A stretch of DNA of 50,484 bases, counting the filler, from Sphacelaria rigidula (lineage: Eukaryota): NCBI GenBank assembly GCA_964200075.2. It is 3 parts of 3 records of this genome, joined end to end, with 100 filler letters (N's around TTAATTAATTAA, not from the genome) between each part and the next. Parts side by side here need not be neighbours in the genome. Positions count along the whole stretch, not along the records: positions 16,864 to 33,624 come from CAXNAA020001259.1; 2 more parts are not named here. The stretch is one strand, 5' to 3'. The notes under the pieces are model-generated. The model saw only the letters and a program-made list of their open reading frames with translations, had not been told where the DNA came from and did no database searches. The translations under genes were made by a program, and so were the position numbers. Every line of letters begins with the position of its first letter. Position 1 is the first letter of the stretch. Positions 21,239 through 31,674 of this stretch are shown here, in pieces.

Positions 21239-23896
21239 CTACGCAACGAGATCGGTGCATGGAGGGGCAACATCCATCACCTCGGATATTTGAAGAGGGG
21301 GGCTAGACAGTCCTAGCTCCAACTTCACGTGTGCGTCTTCCGTTGCCTCTCCGGACTCCACATCTTCGCACACGCCAGGGTGTCTTGGTAACACCGCTAG
21401 CGAACCACGGAGCCACATCATACGATTTTCACTACTGCCATCGCTCGAGCTGCCACTGCCGCCGACGATACAGTGACCTCTTGAAGGGGCAGCCCTCTCG
21501 CTACCCTGGCTCACTCCCTTGCGAGTACTAGCATCAGAAGGGGTTGCAAGTTCCACCTTCACTCCAGTCTCTGCCGTCGCCTTCGACGGCACCCCATCAG
21601 AGCCTGAGGGTGATTGTCCCGAGGCTAGCGGCGGCACTGCATTGCCCTGCCTGGAGCTAAGGCGCACACTACGACGAGTACTCATACCGTCGCTTGCTCC
21701 AGAACCCAAGTATGCTGCGCGGTTGCGTTTGTTGCCTCGTGCATCAGCAACAAAGCCACCGTCATCCTCCGTCGAGCTTCGGTTGTAGGCGCCCACCCCT
21801 GTGATAAACCCTGCTGAAATGATAACTCTGGCCGAGTTGTGTGCAGCACCACGTTGTCTACAGAACTTTACCATACCGACGTCGCACTTTATGTAGACAC
21901 CCCATTCGGAGCCACCCTCATTCCCGCAGTTACTTTCCACTATATCCACCAAATCTACCGTTCCCCCCGTGGCATGCTGAGAAGATATCTGTGGCTTCTT
22001 GCTCTCGGCAATACCATGGGACGGAGACTGAGTTGAGTCGTCGCAGCTGCACCTCTTTTGTACCACATTCACCATTCCGGCTGTGGAATGCTGGGGACAG
22101 AACTGCGCATTTGCGCTTCCCGCTACACCCAACGGACACCCAGGGCAATATTCGTGGCCGCATGTCTCGCTCACCACGTTCACCATGCCCAGAGAAGGAT
22201 GCCGACAGCAGAACTCTGCCTTCTTGCTCCCCGTCGCACCATATGACGGCTGCTTGGTGCAGCCCTCGTGTCCGCACTTCTTGTTCCATAGTTGCACCAT
22301 TCCTGAGTCAGCATGCTGGGAGCAGAACTTCGCCTTCTTGTCTCCGGCTACACCACATGACGAACGCTTTGAGCAGCCCTCGTGGTCGCACTTTTGGCCC
22401 CTCACGCTCACCATTCCAGGAGAAGCATGCCGAGAGCAGAACTCCGCCTTCTTACTTCCCGCTGCACCATAAGACGGGTTCTTGGAGCAGCCGTCGCGGC
22501 CGCAACTCTTGTTTCTGACATCCACCATTTCGAGAGGAGCATGCTGGGAGCAGAAGTCCGGCTTCTTGCTTCCCACTGCACCATAAGACGGACGCTTGGT
22601 GCAGCCCTCGTGGCCGCATGCCTTGCTCACCACGTTCACCATGCCTGGAGAAGCATGCTGGAAGCAGAACTCTGCCTTCTTGCTCCCCGTCGCACCATAT
22701 GACGGCTGCTTGGTGCAGCCCTCGTGTCCGCACTTCTTGCTCCATATATGCACCATTCCCGGGGGAGCATGCTGGGAGCAGAACTTCGCCTTCTTGTCTC
22801 CGGCTACACCACATGACGAACGCTTTGAGCAGCCCTTATGGCGGCACAGTTGGCCCCTCACGCTCACCATTCCAGGAGAAGCATGCTGAGAGCATAACTC
22901 CGCCTTCTTACTTCCCGCCGCACCATACGATGGGTTCTTGGAGCAGCCGTCGCGGCCGCAACTCTTGTTTATGACATCCACCATTTCGAGAGGAGCATGC
23001 TGGGAGCAGAAGTCCGGCTTCTTGCTTCCCACTGCACCATGCGACGGACGCCTGGAGCAGCTCTCGTGGCCACATTTCTTGCTCACCACGTTCACCATGC
23101 CTGGAGAAGCATGCTGGAAGCAGAACTCTGCCTTCTTGCTCCCCGCCACACCAAATAATTGGTGCTTGGTGCAGCCCTCGTGTCCGCACTTCTTGCGCCA
23201 TATATGCACCATTCCCGGGGGAGCATGCTGGAAGCAGAAGTCCGCCTTATTGCTTCCCAATGCACCATAAGACGGATGCGTGATGCAGCCCTCGTGGCCG
23301 CACAATTGGCCTCTTACCTTCACCATTCCCGCAACCGCATGCTGGAAGCAGAACTCCGCCTTCTTACTTCCCGCTGCACTATAAGACGGTCTCGTGGAGC
23401 AGTTCTCGTTGCCGCACTTGTCGCTACCCACATTCACCATTCCCGGAGGAGCATGGTGGAAACAGAATTCCGCCTTCTTGCTTCCCTCTGTACCATAAGA
23501 CGGCCTCTTGGAGCAGCCCTTGTTGCCGCACTTTCTGCCCTTCACGCGCACCATTCCCGGAATTGCATGCTGGGAGCAGAATTCCGCCTTCTTGCTTCCC
23601 TCTGTACCATAAGACGGATCCTTGAAGCAGTCCTCGTTGGCACACTTTTGTCCCTTTACGTTCACCATTCCAGGAAAAGCATGTTTGTAGCAGAATTCCG
23701 CTCTCTTGCTCGCCGCTTCACCAAAAGACGGCTGCTTGAAGCAGCCCTCGTGACCGCATGTCCGGCCTCTTACCTTTACCATTCCCGGAGAAGCATGTTG
23801 GAAGCAGAACCTTACCTCCTTTTTCCCGGCTACATCATAGGACGGCCGCTTGGAGCAGCCCTCGTGGCCACACGTTTTCCTCACTACATCCACCAT
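21239..23896 (-). CDS. EsV-1-7 cysteine-rich repeat protein (about 16 tandem 38-aa C-x4-C-x16-C-x2-H units plus a low-complexity C-terminal tail)
   Basis: Uninterrupted ORF (open from 23968; first ATG at 23896, MVDVVRK). Unit consensus KKCGHEGCSKRPSYG.AGSKKAEFCSQHA.PGMVNV is characteristic of the EsV-1-7 domain family expanded in brown algae. No introns are needed. Confidence 0.92.
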   Translation of the reverse strand: MVDVVRKTCGHEGCSKRPSYDVAGKKEVRFCFQHASPGMVKVRGRTCGHEGCFKQPSFGEAASKRAEFCYKHAFPGMVNVKGQKCANEDCFKDPSYGTEGSKKAEFCSQHAIPGMVRVKGRKCGNKGCSKRPSYGTEGSKKAEFCFHHAPPGMVNVGSDKCGNENCSTRPSYSAAGSKKAEFCFQHAVAGMVKVRGQLCGHEGCITHPSYGALGSNKADFCFQHAPPGMVHIWRKKCGHEGCTKHQLFGVAGSKKAEFCFQHASPGMVNVVSKKCGHESCSRRPSHGAVGSKKPDFCSQHAPLEMVDVINKSCGRDGCSKNPSYGAAGSKKAELCSQHASPGMVSVRGQLCRHKGCSKRSSCGVAGDKKAKFCSQHAPPGMVHIWSKKCGHEGCTKQPSYGATGSKKAEFCFQHASPGMVNVVSKACGHEGCTKRPSYGAVGSKKPDFCSQHAPLEMVDVRNKSCGRDGCSKNPSYGAAGSKKAEFCSRHASPGMVSVRGQKCDHEGCSKRSSCGVAGDKKAKFCSQHADSGMVQLWNKKCGHEGCTKQPSYGATGSKKAEFCCRHPSLGMVNVVSETCGHEYCPGCPLGVAGSANAQFCPQHSTAGMVNVVQKRCSCDDSTQSPSHGIAESKKPQISSQHATGGTVDLVDIVESNCGNEGGSEWGVYIKCDVGMVKFCRQRGAAHNSARVIISAGFITGVGAYNRSSTEDDGGFVADARGNKRNRAAYLGSGASDGMSTRRSVRLSSRQGNAVPPLASGQSPSGSDGVPSKATAETGVKVELATPSDASTRKGVSQGSERAAPSRGHCIVGGSGSSSDGSSENRMMWLRGSLAVLPRHPGVCEDVESGEATEDAHVKLELGLSSPPLQISEVMDVAPPCTDLVA

Positions 23897-26312
23897 TCTC
23901 GGCCACGAACGCTGGGAGCATAAATCTGCCCTTTGATTCTTACACTGCGCAATTAGCGCTTGGAGCACCGATCGTCGCTGCCCTCTTTTTTCGCCACGCC
24001 GGCCATGAGCTACTCCTTCGCGTGGTGGTGCGTTGTCGACAACAAACTGCTGAAGGTAGAACGTTTGTCAGACACGTCGGAGACGGGATTGCAAGCTGGA
24101 GGTGAAACCGAGTAGATATGCTTGGCAAACGAATGAGACTCTTGTTCGCCCGTACCTTCTCTACACAAAAAACACCATATTCAAACATCAGATTCGCCTG
24201 TGATTGGCCGCGGTGGTGTTTACTTCACGAAGAAAACCTCCCTTCGAAAGTGATTCGGGGTCTCGGGAACTGGATCTGAAATGTAAAACGTCCTCGTGGG
24301 CTTCCCTACCACCGTTTGGGTTGTCGAAAAAGCACATGGCTCGCAGCGGAACATGAGAGTGCTCAGCACAACCATTGCACGATGGTAAAAAAAGACGCGC
24401 TGCATCCCACGGCTTGAGATATAGATAATTTATCTCAATGATCAGATGGTAGACCCCGCGTATCTGAAACCTACCATGTGGGTGAAACATTGGCGGGATC
24501 GTAGGAGGGGAGTGTCAAACGCAGGATGTTGGAGACATGAATCGCTCCCAATGGACTATTTACGCCTGCGGGATCTGCTGCGTCAGCCTTTCTGAATCTT
24601 GCCACCGCGCCGAGTCTCTGGTGACGGAGCTACCCAGGCGCTCCGTTGAGGCGAGGCGAAGTGTGTACTCTACTGTCGTGAAACCTTATTCAATATGCTC
24701 AAGAGTTGGTAATCGTTCGGCCGCGTGCCTTCTTTGACGCATGACTCATCGCTTTACATGATGCTTGGCAGATTGTGCCGTCTATGTGTAATTCATAATG
24801 AGCCTCAAAACCGGTCGTTTTGGGCCTTGTAACATCTGCGGATGAGACTTCCCGTCCCAATCAGACACGACTGTAGTGCACAAAAGAATCGGAATGGCAG
24901 AAGCAACGTGCATTCAAATAGATGGACACCACATGCAACTTGATCCCAACAATCAGATTTCGACACTCAAGATATCCTCGACAAGCGGGGTGTCCTCTGC
25001 ACCCTGGCGCTATCAACTGGAAAGAAGTGAACAAGGGTGTAGCAAAAAAACAAAGTGCACCTGCGGCAAAAACCATGCAGTCCTGCGCCGATAGAAAGAA
25101 AAATCGGAATATAATCTGAACCTTTATCACCCCCGCACACACTGCTACAAAACCCCACAACAGATTCAGCGATATGGGGTTGCTGTCTGTGGTTGCGAGG
25201 AGATGTGGGCAAACTTACAGCGCCTCGCAGCGCCTGCAGCGCGCGTGCTACCGTATTTCTCGAGTTGAGTCCTTATGCAGGCAATACGCCCAGCCGCTTC
25301 GCACAAATTGTCATGATCAAGCGGGTGTTCCAGTACAGATCAACATTCGTTTCCCGGCGCATCACCCTCCCATGTGCCGATGCAGTCGGAGCACGTGGAT
25401 GGGTTACTTTACATAAGCGTTTGCAGACGGAGCACGTATTTCTGGGCAGCGGGGCAGCCATTTCGGGTGCATTCTGACGAATGTGCCGAAATTCGTTCCT
25501 CGCCTCGACAATTTGTACAGTAGCCCCCCCTCCCCCCAAAAAACTGCCTGGTTTGGGGAGGCAAACTCTTCACGTAAATCGAAATGGAAAAAGCCGAGCA
25601 CAATGAGCAGCTGGGAATTTCCACGTTTGGGTTCGTCCTCGCCAATGTCGCCCATATGAGGCGATTTATGCAGCCTGAGCCCAAACATCTGGATCTGTAA
25701 GATCATTTATTTCGTGACAATTTTGAGCTATTCCATTGGGGGGGCTTTTGTAGAAAGTGTCCGTCGTTATCACTGTCCCATGCACCGCAGCCGTCGACGC
25801 CCGGGAAACATGCTGTTTGTGATGTCGGACTAGTTCCCCAAGTTTCACGGCTGCGCTCCCAGGGGCTGCGAAGAAATCTACGTGCAAAGATGCGGACAAA
25901 ATGTGGGGAAAAATAGTAGTCATCTGTGGCAAGATACATGAGGTGGGGTTGCGCCGCATATCCCACGTACGGCAACGTACTTGCGGTATGTGTCCTCTCC
26001 TCGGTAACACGGGAGAGGTCGGGAGATTTGGAAAAGATCTTGCGACAGCATCACTGTCTGGGTTTGGTACATAGTCCTTTGACGTCTTTCAAGGTGTCCG
26101 ATCGGACGCCAAAATTGGTTGTTCACCCAGGACCCCGACATCTCGGATATCGAAATCCAAATTTCCATGGCGTATAGTAGTTGTCAATAGCTACCAACAA
26201 GTGAAGAAATGGAAGCATACTTCGAAGATTTGGTGTGGATACGGAGATTTTAATTCTCCGGGTTCTCATTCCTAATAAAAGACCCATCCCCAATTTGTAA
26301 AATCACGTGTTA

Positions 26313-26790
26313 GGCCGTTTCTTCCGGTTCGTATTTTGTTTGGCTCGTATTTCCCGCTTCTAGGATATTTGACAAGGCTTTTGACCCCCAAACAGGGAAA
26401 ATCGCCACCACACGTCTTGGACACTTTGTATCACCCCACCGAGAGGGACCTAGCCCACTTTTCCGATTCGCTTGAGTAAGAAATTTCGAGAGCGGCCTCT
26501 GGACAAAATTACGAGGAAAACATATAATGCACAGTCTGTTGGTATTTCAGCTTGAAAACACGTACAGACTGTGCACCATATATTTTCCTCGTGTTTTTGT
26601 CCATAGGCGGCTCTCGAAATCTCTGACCCAAGAGAATCGGAAAAGTGGGCTAGACTCCTCTCGGTGGGGTGAGACAAAGTGTCCAAGACGTTTGATGGCG
26701 ATCTTCCCTGTTTGGGGGTCAAAAACGTTGTCAAACATCCTAAAAGTGGATAATACGAGCAAAACAAAGTACGAACCGGAAGAAACGGCC
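26313..26790. mobile_element. PIF/Harbinger (Tourist-like) fully palindromic MITE
   Basis: TTA|GGCCGTTTCTTCCGGTTCGTA ... TACGAACCGGAAGAAACGGCC|TTA: perfect 21-bp termini and a 3-bp TTA TSD. Arms pair along the full length (e.g. ttttgacccccaaacagggaa / ttccctgtttgggggtcaaaa). Confidence 0.92.
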
Positions 26791-26794
26791 TTAC

Positions 26795-27120
26795 ATATAT
26801 TAGTGGATCATATTGGAACTTTGCGATATATTGCCGGTGTAATATATATTGGTACCCTTGGACTGCACACGTATTGCGCGCCCAACATATACTGATGTCA
26901 TGAGACTGCATACATATTGCCCGCCCAATATATGTTGGTCCAGTGGGATTGCACACATTTTGTCCTATCAATACATATTGGGGCAGTGTGGGCGACGACA
27001 TTTTGCACGAGCAATATATATTAGGGTCGCATTGGTGAGCACATATTGACCTGTCAATATATATTGGGGCCGCGTGGGTGCCAATGTATTGGCCGGACAA
27101 CATATCTTGGGTATTATAAG
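26795..27120. repeat. CAATATATATTG-motif-rich block
   Basis: Dense atatattg / caatata motifs. The same pattern occurs at 29440-29745 and 30320-30970. Confidence 0.6.
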
Positions 27121-27964
27121 TATGGTGTGCGCTTTGAGAAAGCTCCAGACGCGATGGGTGCCGGTGCCCCAGATTGGGAAAAGCTTCAGAGGAAGCCGCA
27201 GAAGTTCGCGTGCATTGCTACGGAGAGTTGTCGAATGCGTGTGAAATATGCTTCGACGTATTTATACATATATATATATATATATGTGTGTGTATTGGCC
27301 AGAAAATGTGGTGACAAGAGAGGCGACCCCGTACATTTGCCTTTTGATACCTATCGGGTCACCGGTGCGGGGACGCCCATCCCCTTCACAGTTATGGGTA
27401 GGAATGGAGGCCCTAACGACCAAAAATAGGCACAAGATTTAAAATAAGAAATAACGCGGCAAAATACTAAACACGTCAGTAGATGGTCGGACCTGTGCCG
27501 AGGCCCTCACGAACACAACACACGTTTCATCACTTATTAAGTTGGTGTCGTATGGGAAAGCTGTGGCACTGGAGATCGCGCGGTTCTCGACACAGGAAGC
27601 AAGCCGGTCCACGGCACTTGACAGCCCCCCGCATACACACAAGAGGTAGGGGACCTAGTTTGATATTTGGCTGGCGTCGCGTCAGCGGCACGGAAATCCC
27701 CTCCCAGAGCGGAAAACACCTTATTTTAGTATATTTAGGTCATTTGCGAGTCAGCATCACGCGTAAGCGCAAAAACCAAACGAGGCGACATAGCTTAGGT
27801 GTGTGGGAAGCGCACGCAAGAAACCGCGGTCCAATCCCCCGCTTCGTTGCCGAGTTGTAAGCGTTGCGCGATCGGCACTTTTGGGTCGAGGATCAGTAGC
27901 GCCTTTCGAGGTCGAAGATGGCAAATTCAAAACAATCGGTGCGCATACTTCTTTTCCTGCCGCA

Positions 27965-28545
27965 AGCAAGTTGTGACAGCATGCACTTGGGTTGCGTGCC
28001 CCCAGGCGCTGCTTTGTTCTGGGCGGCTGTGCACAAGGGGCGAATTCGCCTTTCAACGGCGAATATCCTTTCAAGTGTCGAATTACAGAGGGAGAGCTGA
28101 CAGAAGAAAGACAAAGCTGGCGGCTGCTTCATGTCAGGGCTCCAGTGCAGAAGCCAAGGCGTCGAGAGCGATTTTAGTACGACTGTGTGCATTACATCTG
28201 CTGGCGACCGCGGTCATGTACTTCGTAACTGTCTGTATATACTATTAATAGTATCATAATGAGATGCAAAGTATGCTATGTTCGACAAGCTTCGTTTTGG
28301 GCTGCGTGTTTGTTTTCTGGCGGCGAGCAGTGTGTGACGGATGGCATTTCACCTTGTGGCATGCCACCAGCTGCTGCTTTGTTCTGTACGGCTGTGCACG
28401 CAGGGCAACTTCGCCGTTCAACAGCGAGTACCCTTCATGTATTGAGTTGCAGAGAGCGAGGTCACACGTGAACTTCGGTTGTTGCGTCTGAGGGTTCCAG
28501 AGGAGAAGCCAAGGCGCGAAGAGTGATTTTGATTTCCGACTGCGC
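27965..28545 (-). repeat. Diverged direct duplication of a ~210-bp, apparently coding segment
   Basis: 27970-28180 vs 28330-28535. The - strand peptides are KSLSTPWLLHWSP..LSLCNS..GYSPLKGEFAPCAQPPRTKQRL and KSLFAPWLLLWNP..LALCNS..GYSLLNGEVALRAQPYRTKQQL. Confidence 0.7.
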
Positions 28546-29747
28546 ACCATGTATGCCTAGGTCGGCAGAGCCACGATGTTTCAAGTGATTGCCTGTACAT
28601 ACTGAGAATTGGGAAAAATTGACGTTGAAGATGTTGATCTGGACAGGGAGAACCAGACCGTGGCCAAGCGACTGACAAGATGGGATTCCATCCACTCATG
28701 CCATGACCCTTATCCCATAGGGTCCATGAGAAATTCACTCTCGAATCCCGCAGTCATAGCTGTATGTAGGACATGCAGCGCGTAGGCAATCCGCACAGCA
28801 TGAACCTCTTGATGGTCAACATCATCAGGATCGTTCTCGGTACTTTTCGGATGTGCGACGCTGCTGCTCATGATCTCCGAATTTCCATACTTTCTCGTTC
28901 TAGTACCATGTCAGGCACGCCTTTCACTGCAGTGACGTTGGTGTGTAGCGGCCACAACAGCTGCTGTTCGTGCTCTTGTTTTGTTATCTTCGCAATGACG
29001 GTAAACGTGGGGTGGCAGCTCGGGGGCGTGTGCTTCCCGACTGGTGCAGACAGAAGCAGGACACTAGGGAGTTCAACAAGATTGTCCATTTACTCATGTG
29101 GAGCGAGCTTTCTCCCGAGAAACAAAATCACCTCAACACCGACCACTCCCAGGCTTGAATAAATGTACTAGAAATATTGTTCATTTCTTACGAGCCAAAT
29201 CGTCATTTGTAGGTGACGCGTGTACTTTCCACTGATATGATTCGTTGGATTACAGGCCACCTCTGACCCATGTAGCGTTCAGCTTGCACTTTACATGAAT
29301 ATAGTACCCAAAATCGGCCCCCATCCTTACCCATTACAGTATGTAATATATCTTGGCTAAACATCACGACGGAAAACGCGGGTCGATATGCGCCATCTGG
29401 TACCCCTGTGATCACTGGTGCTGTGTTGCTTATACCCTGGACAAAACAATATGTTCCAACATCATGCCAATACTTTAAATTGGAGACAGCGCAAATATTG
29501 CCCTTTCAATATATTTTGTGTTGAGGTGTTCTCGCAGACATTGAAGCAACAACATATGTTTCTTGTGTCATGATCGTGAAGTGATACATGCCAATATATA
29601 TGGACATGCGTTTGCTCCGGGAACATAGCATTCAATACATGTTGTGCATGCCGGCCGTGAAGGTATTGACGTGTCAATATAACTCTTCGATATAACTCGA
29701 AATATTGAGTCGAAGCGATGCGTGACATGTTGTTACCCTAATATATG

Positions 29748-30316
29748 CTCCCTCTGTTCCGGAATATAAGTCGATTTGAACAAAACGCAAAGAAAAATCA
29801 ACGTGGCGATCTTTCTTTGAAGTCGCGAAATCATTCCTACCTGGAACACAATGTTTTTTTCGAAAAAAACACTTTTTTTCAGTTATTTTTCCTTCACGTT
29901 CTTCTTTCGCTTGAAAGGTCCCAAGTTTTGGCACCCTGTCGTTTTTTCTCCGGTCAAAAGGGAGAATATTTTGTTTTTCCCTCAAAGTATCCGTCTACAG
30001 GTAGCCACATATGGTCACTTTCCACACAAAAAAAAGGTCGGAAAAAAAAAAAAACTTGCTCCGTACGGGAGAAAAAACGACACGCTGATTTTCTTTACTC
30101 ACCAGATATTTGGAAGACCCCCCTCGGGGATAAAAAGCCATGAAAGGGAATGAAAATTGATCATCCCCTATTTTTGGCCGCTTCTTCAACTGCACAACTT
30201 GTCCGAGCACGATGAAAACAAATGACGCAAAAATACCTTTTCTAACGCCCTCAAGTGCAAAACCGGACTCATTTCTGGAAAATCCAAATCAGACTTATAT
30301 TCCGGAACAGAGGGAG
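29748..30316. mobile_element. Stowaway-like (Tc1/mariner) MITE
   Basis: Perfect 25-bp TIR CTCCCTCTGTTCCGGAATATAAGTC / GACTTATATTCCGGAACAGAGGGAG. Flanks are TG / TA. AT-rich interior. Confidence 0.9.
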
Positions 30317-31038
30317 TATTGAGCACCAACCATGCAAAACTATGTTTTCAATATATATTGCGCATGTTCATCGCATGGCTTTCGTGCAGCCAATATATGT
30401 TGAGTATGCTCGCGGAGAAATGTATTGCGCGTTCTCGCCATGTGGTGATACACCTTTCGTTGGCGCCCGCGAACATTTGTTTCGCCCATCATACTGATTG
30501 CAATAGACTTTTCAATCTACACGTTGAATCAACATAATTGCTACACCAACATGAATTTTGACCGTCGGTTCCGTCGTGTACTGTCCACCAAATATATATT
30601 GGACGCATTGACGCGCGGCATGTTGGGGCGGCAATATGTATTGACGCTTGGGATGTCAAGTATATCGAATCGTCACTATATATTGACCTCGTGTGGCAGC
30701 CAATATGTCATTCGATAAATATATATATAATATATATATATATATTGGTGCCTTACCGCACCAAGATATTACTCGGCCAATACGTATTGAGGTGGCGCGT
30801 GTTGTGATATATTGTTCTGTCGATATATATTGCATGTTGCGAGCCTTGACAAATGGATGGCACGAGATATATTGGCGGGTCTCTCGTGCCATCATATTGT
30901 TCGCCCAATATATACTGACAACCCGACGCGTCGACATACTGAGCGGGCAAATATATTACATGTTTTATTGTCGAGGGTGTGATGTGTTTTGAATCCTTCG
31001 CATCTTTCGAGTTGAACTCCATTTATTTCATTTTTTTA

Positions 31039-31674
31039 CTTCCTTTTCTCCATAAGGAAAGGTACCTAAATTTGTACGGGCCCTTAACGATGTCCGATCG
31101 TTTTTTCTTTGCATGAACTCTACGGTGTTTTGGGGGTTGAGAAATTGTGCTTAAAATTTGCAGCTCGTGCTTGAACCATGCCACCGAACGGCTGCAAAAA
31201 AAAAAGTCGGCCCAAAAACGGACGTTTTTTTGCCCCTTTCGGAGGGGAAAAAAGTGTCGAAGAACACTTCGTAAGATGGGCGAAAACGACCTTAGTGTGG
31301 AGCACACCAGGGTTAGCGCGCGCGAGAGGGCGGGGACATCGGAAAGGGTGGTAAAATATGATCAAGAGGCCTTCGCGAAGGCGTGGGACTTCCTGGCAGC
31401 AAGCCCTAGTGACGGCGGGGGCAATTAAAAAAAAAAAAAAACGAAGAATCGATACTTTGTTTTCCCTCGGAAAGGGGCAAAAAGCGGCCATTTTTTGGGC
31501 CAACTACTTTTTTTTGCAGCCGTTCGGCGGCATGGTTCAAGCACGAGCTGCAAATTTTGAGCACATTTTCTTAACCCAAGAAACACCGTAAAGTTTATTG
31601 GAAAAAAAAAAACGATCGGACGTCGTCAAGGGCCCGTACAAATTTAGGTGCCTTTACTTATGGGACAGAGGAAG
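31039..31674. mobile_element. Stowaway-like MITE with ~230-bp inverted arms
   Basis: TA|CTTCCTTTTCTCCATAAGGAAAGGTACCTAAATTTGTACGGGCCCTT ... AAGGGCCCGTACAAATTTAGGTGCCTTTACTTATGGGACAGAGGAAG|TG. Internal arms aaatttgcagctcgtgcttgaaccatgcc / ggcatggttcaagcacgagctgcaaattt. Confidence 0.85.

Noticed and set aside
21841-23923. Long + strand ORFs overlapping the EsV-1-7 gene
   Set aside because: Antisense shadows of the repetitive coding strand.
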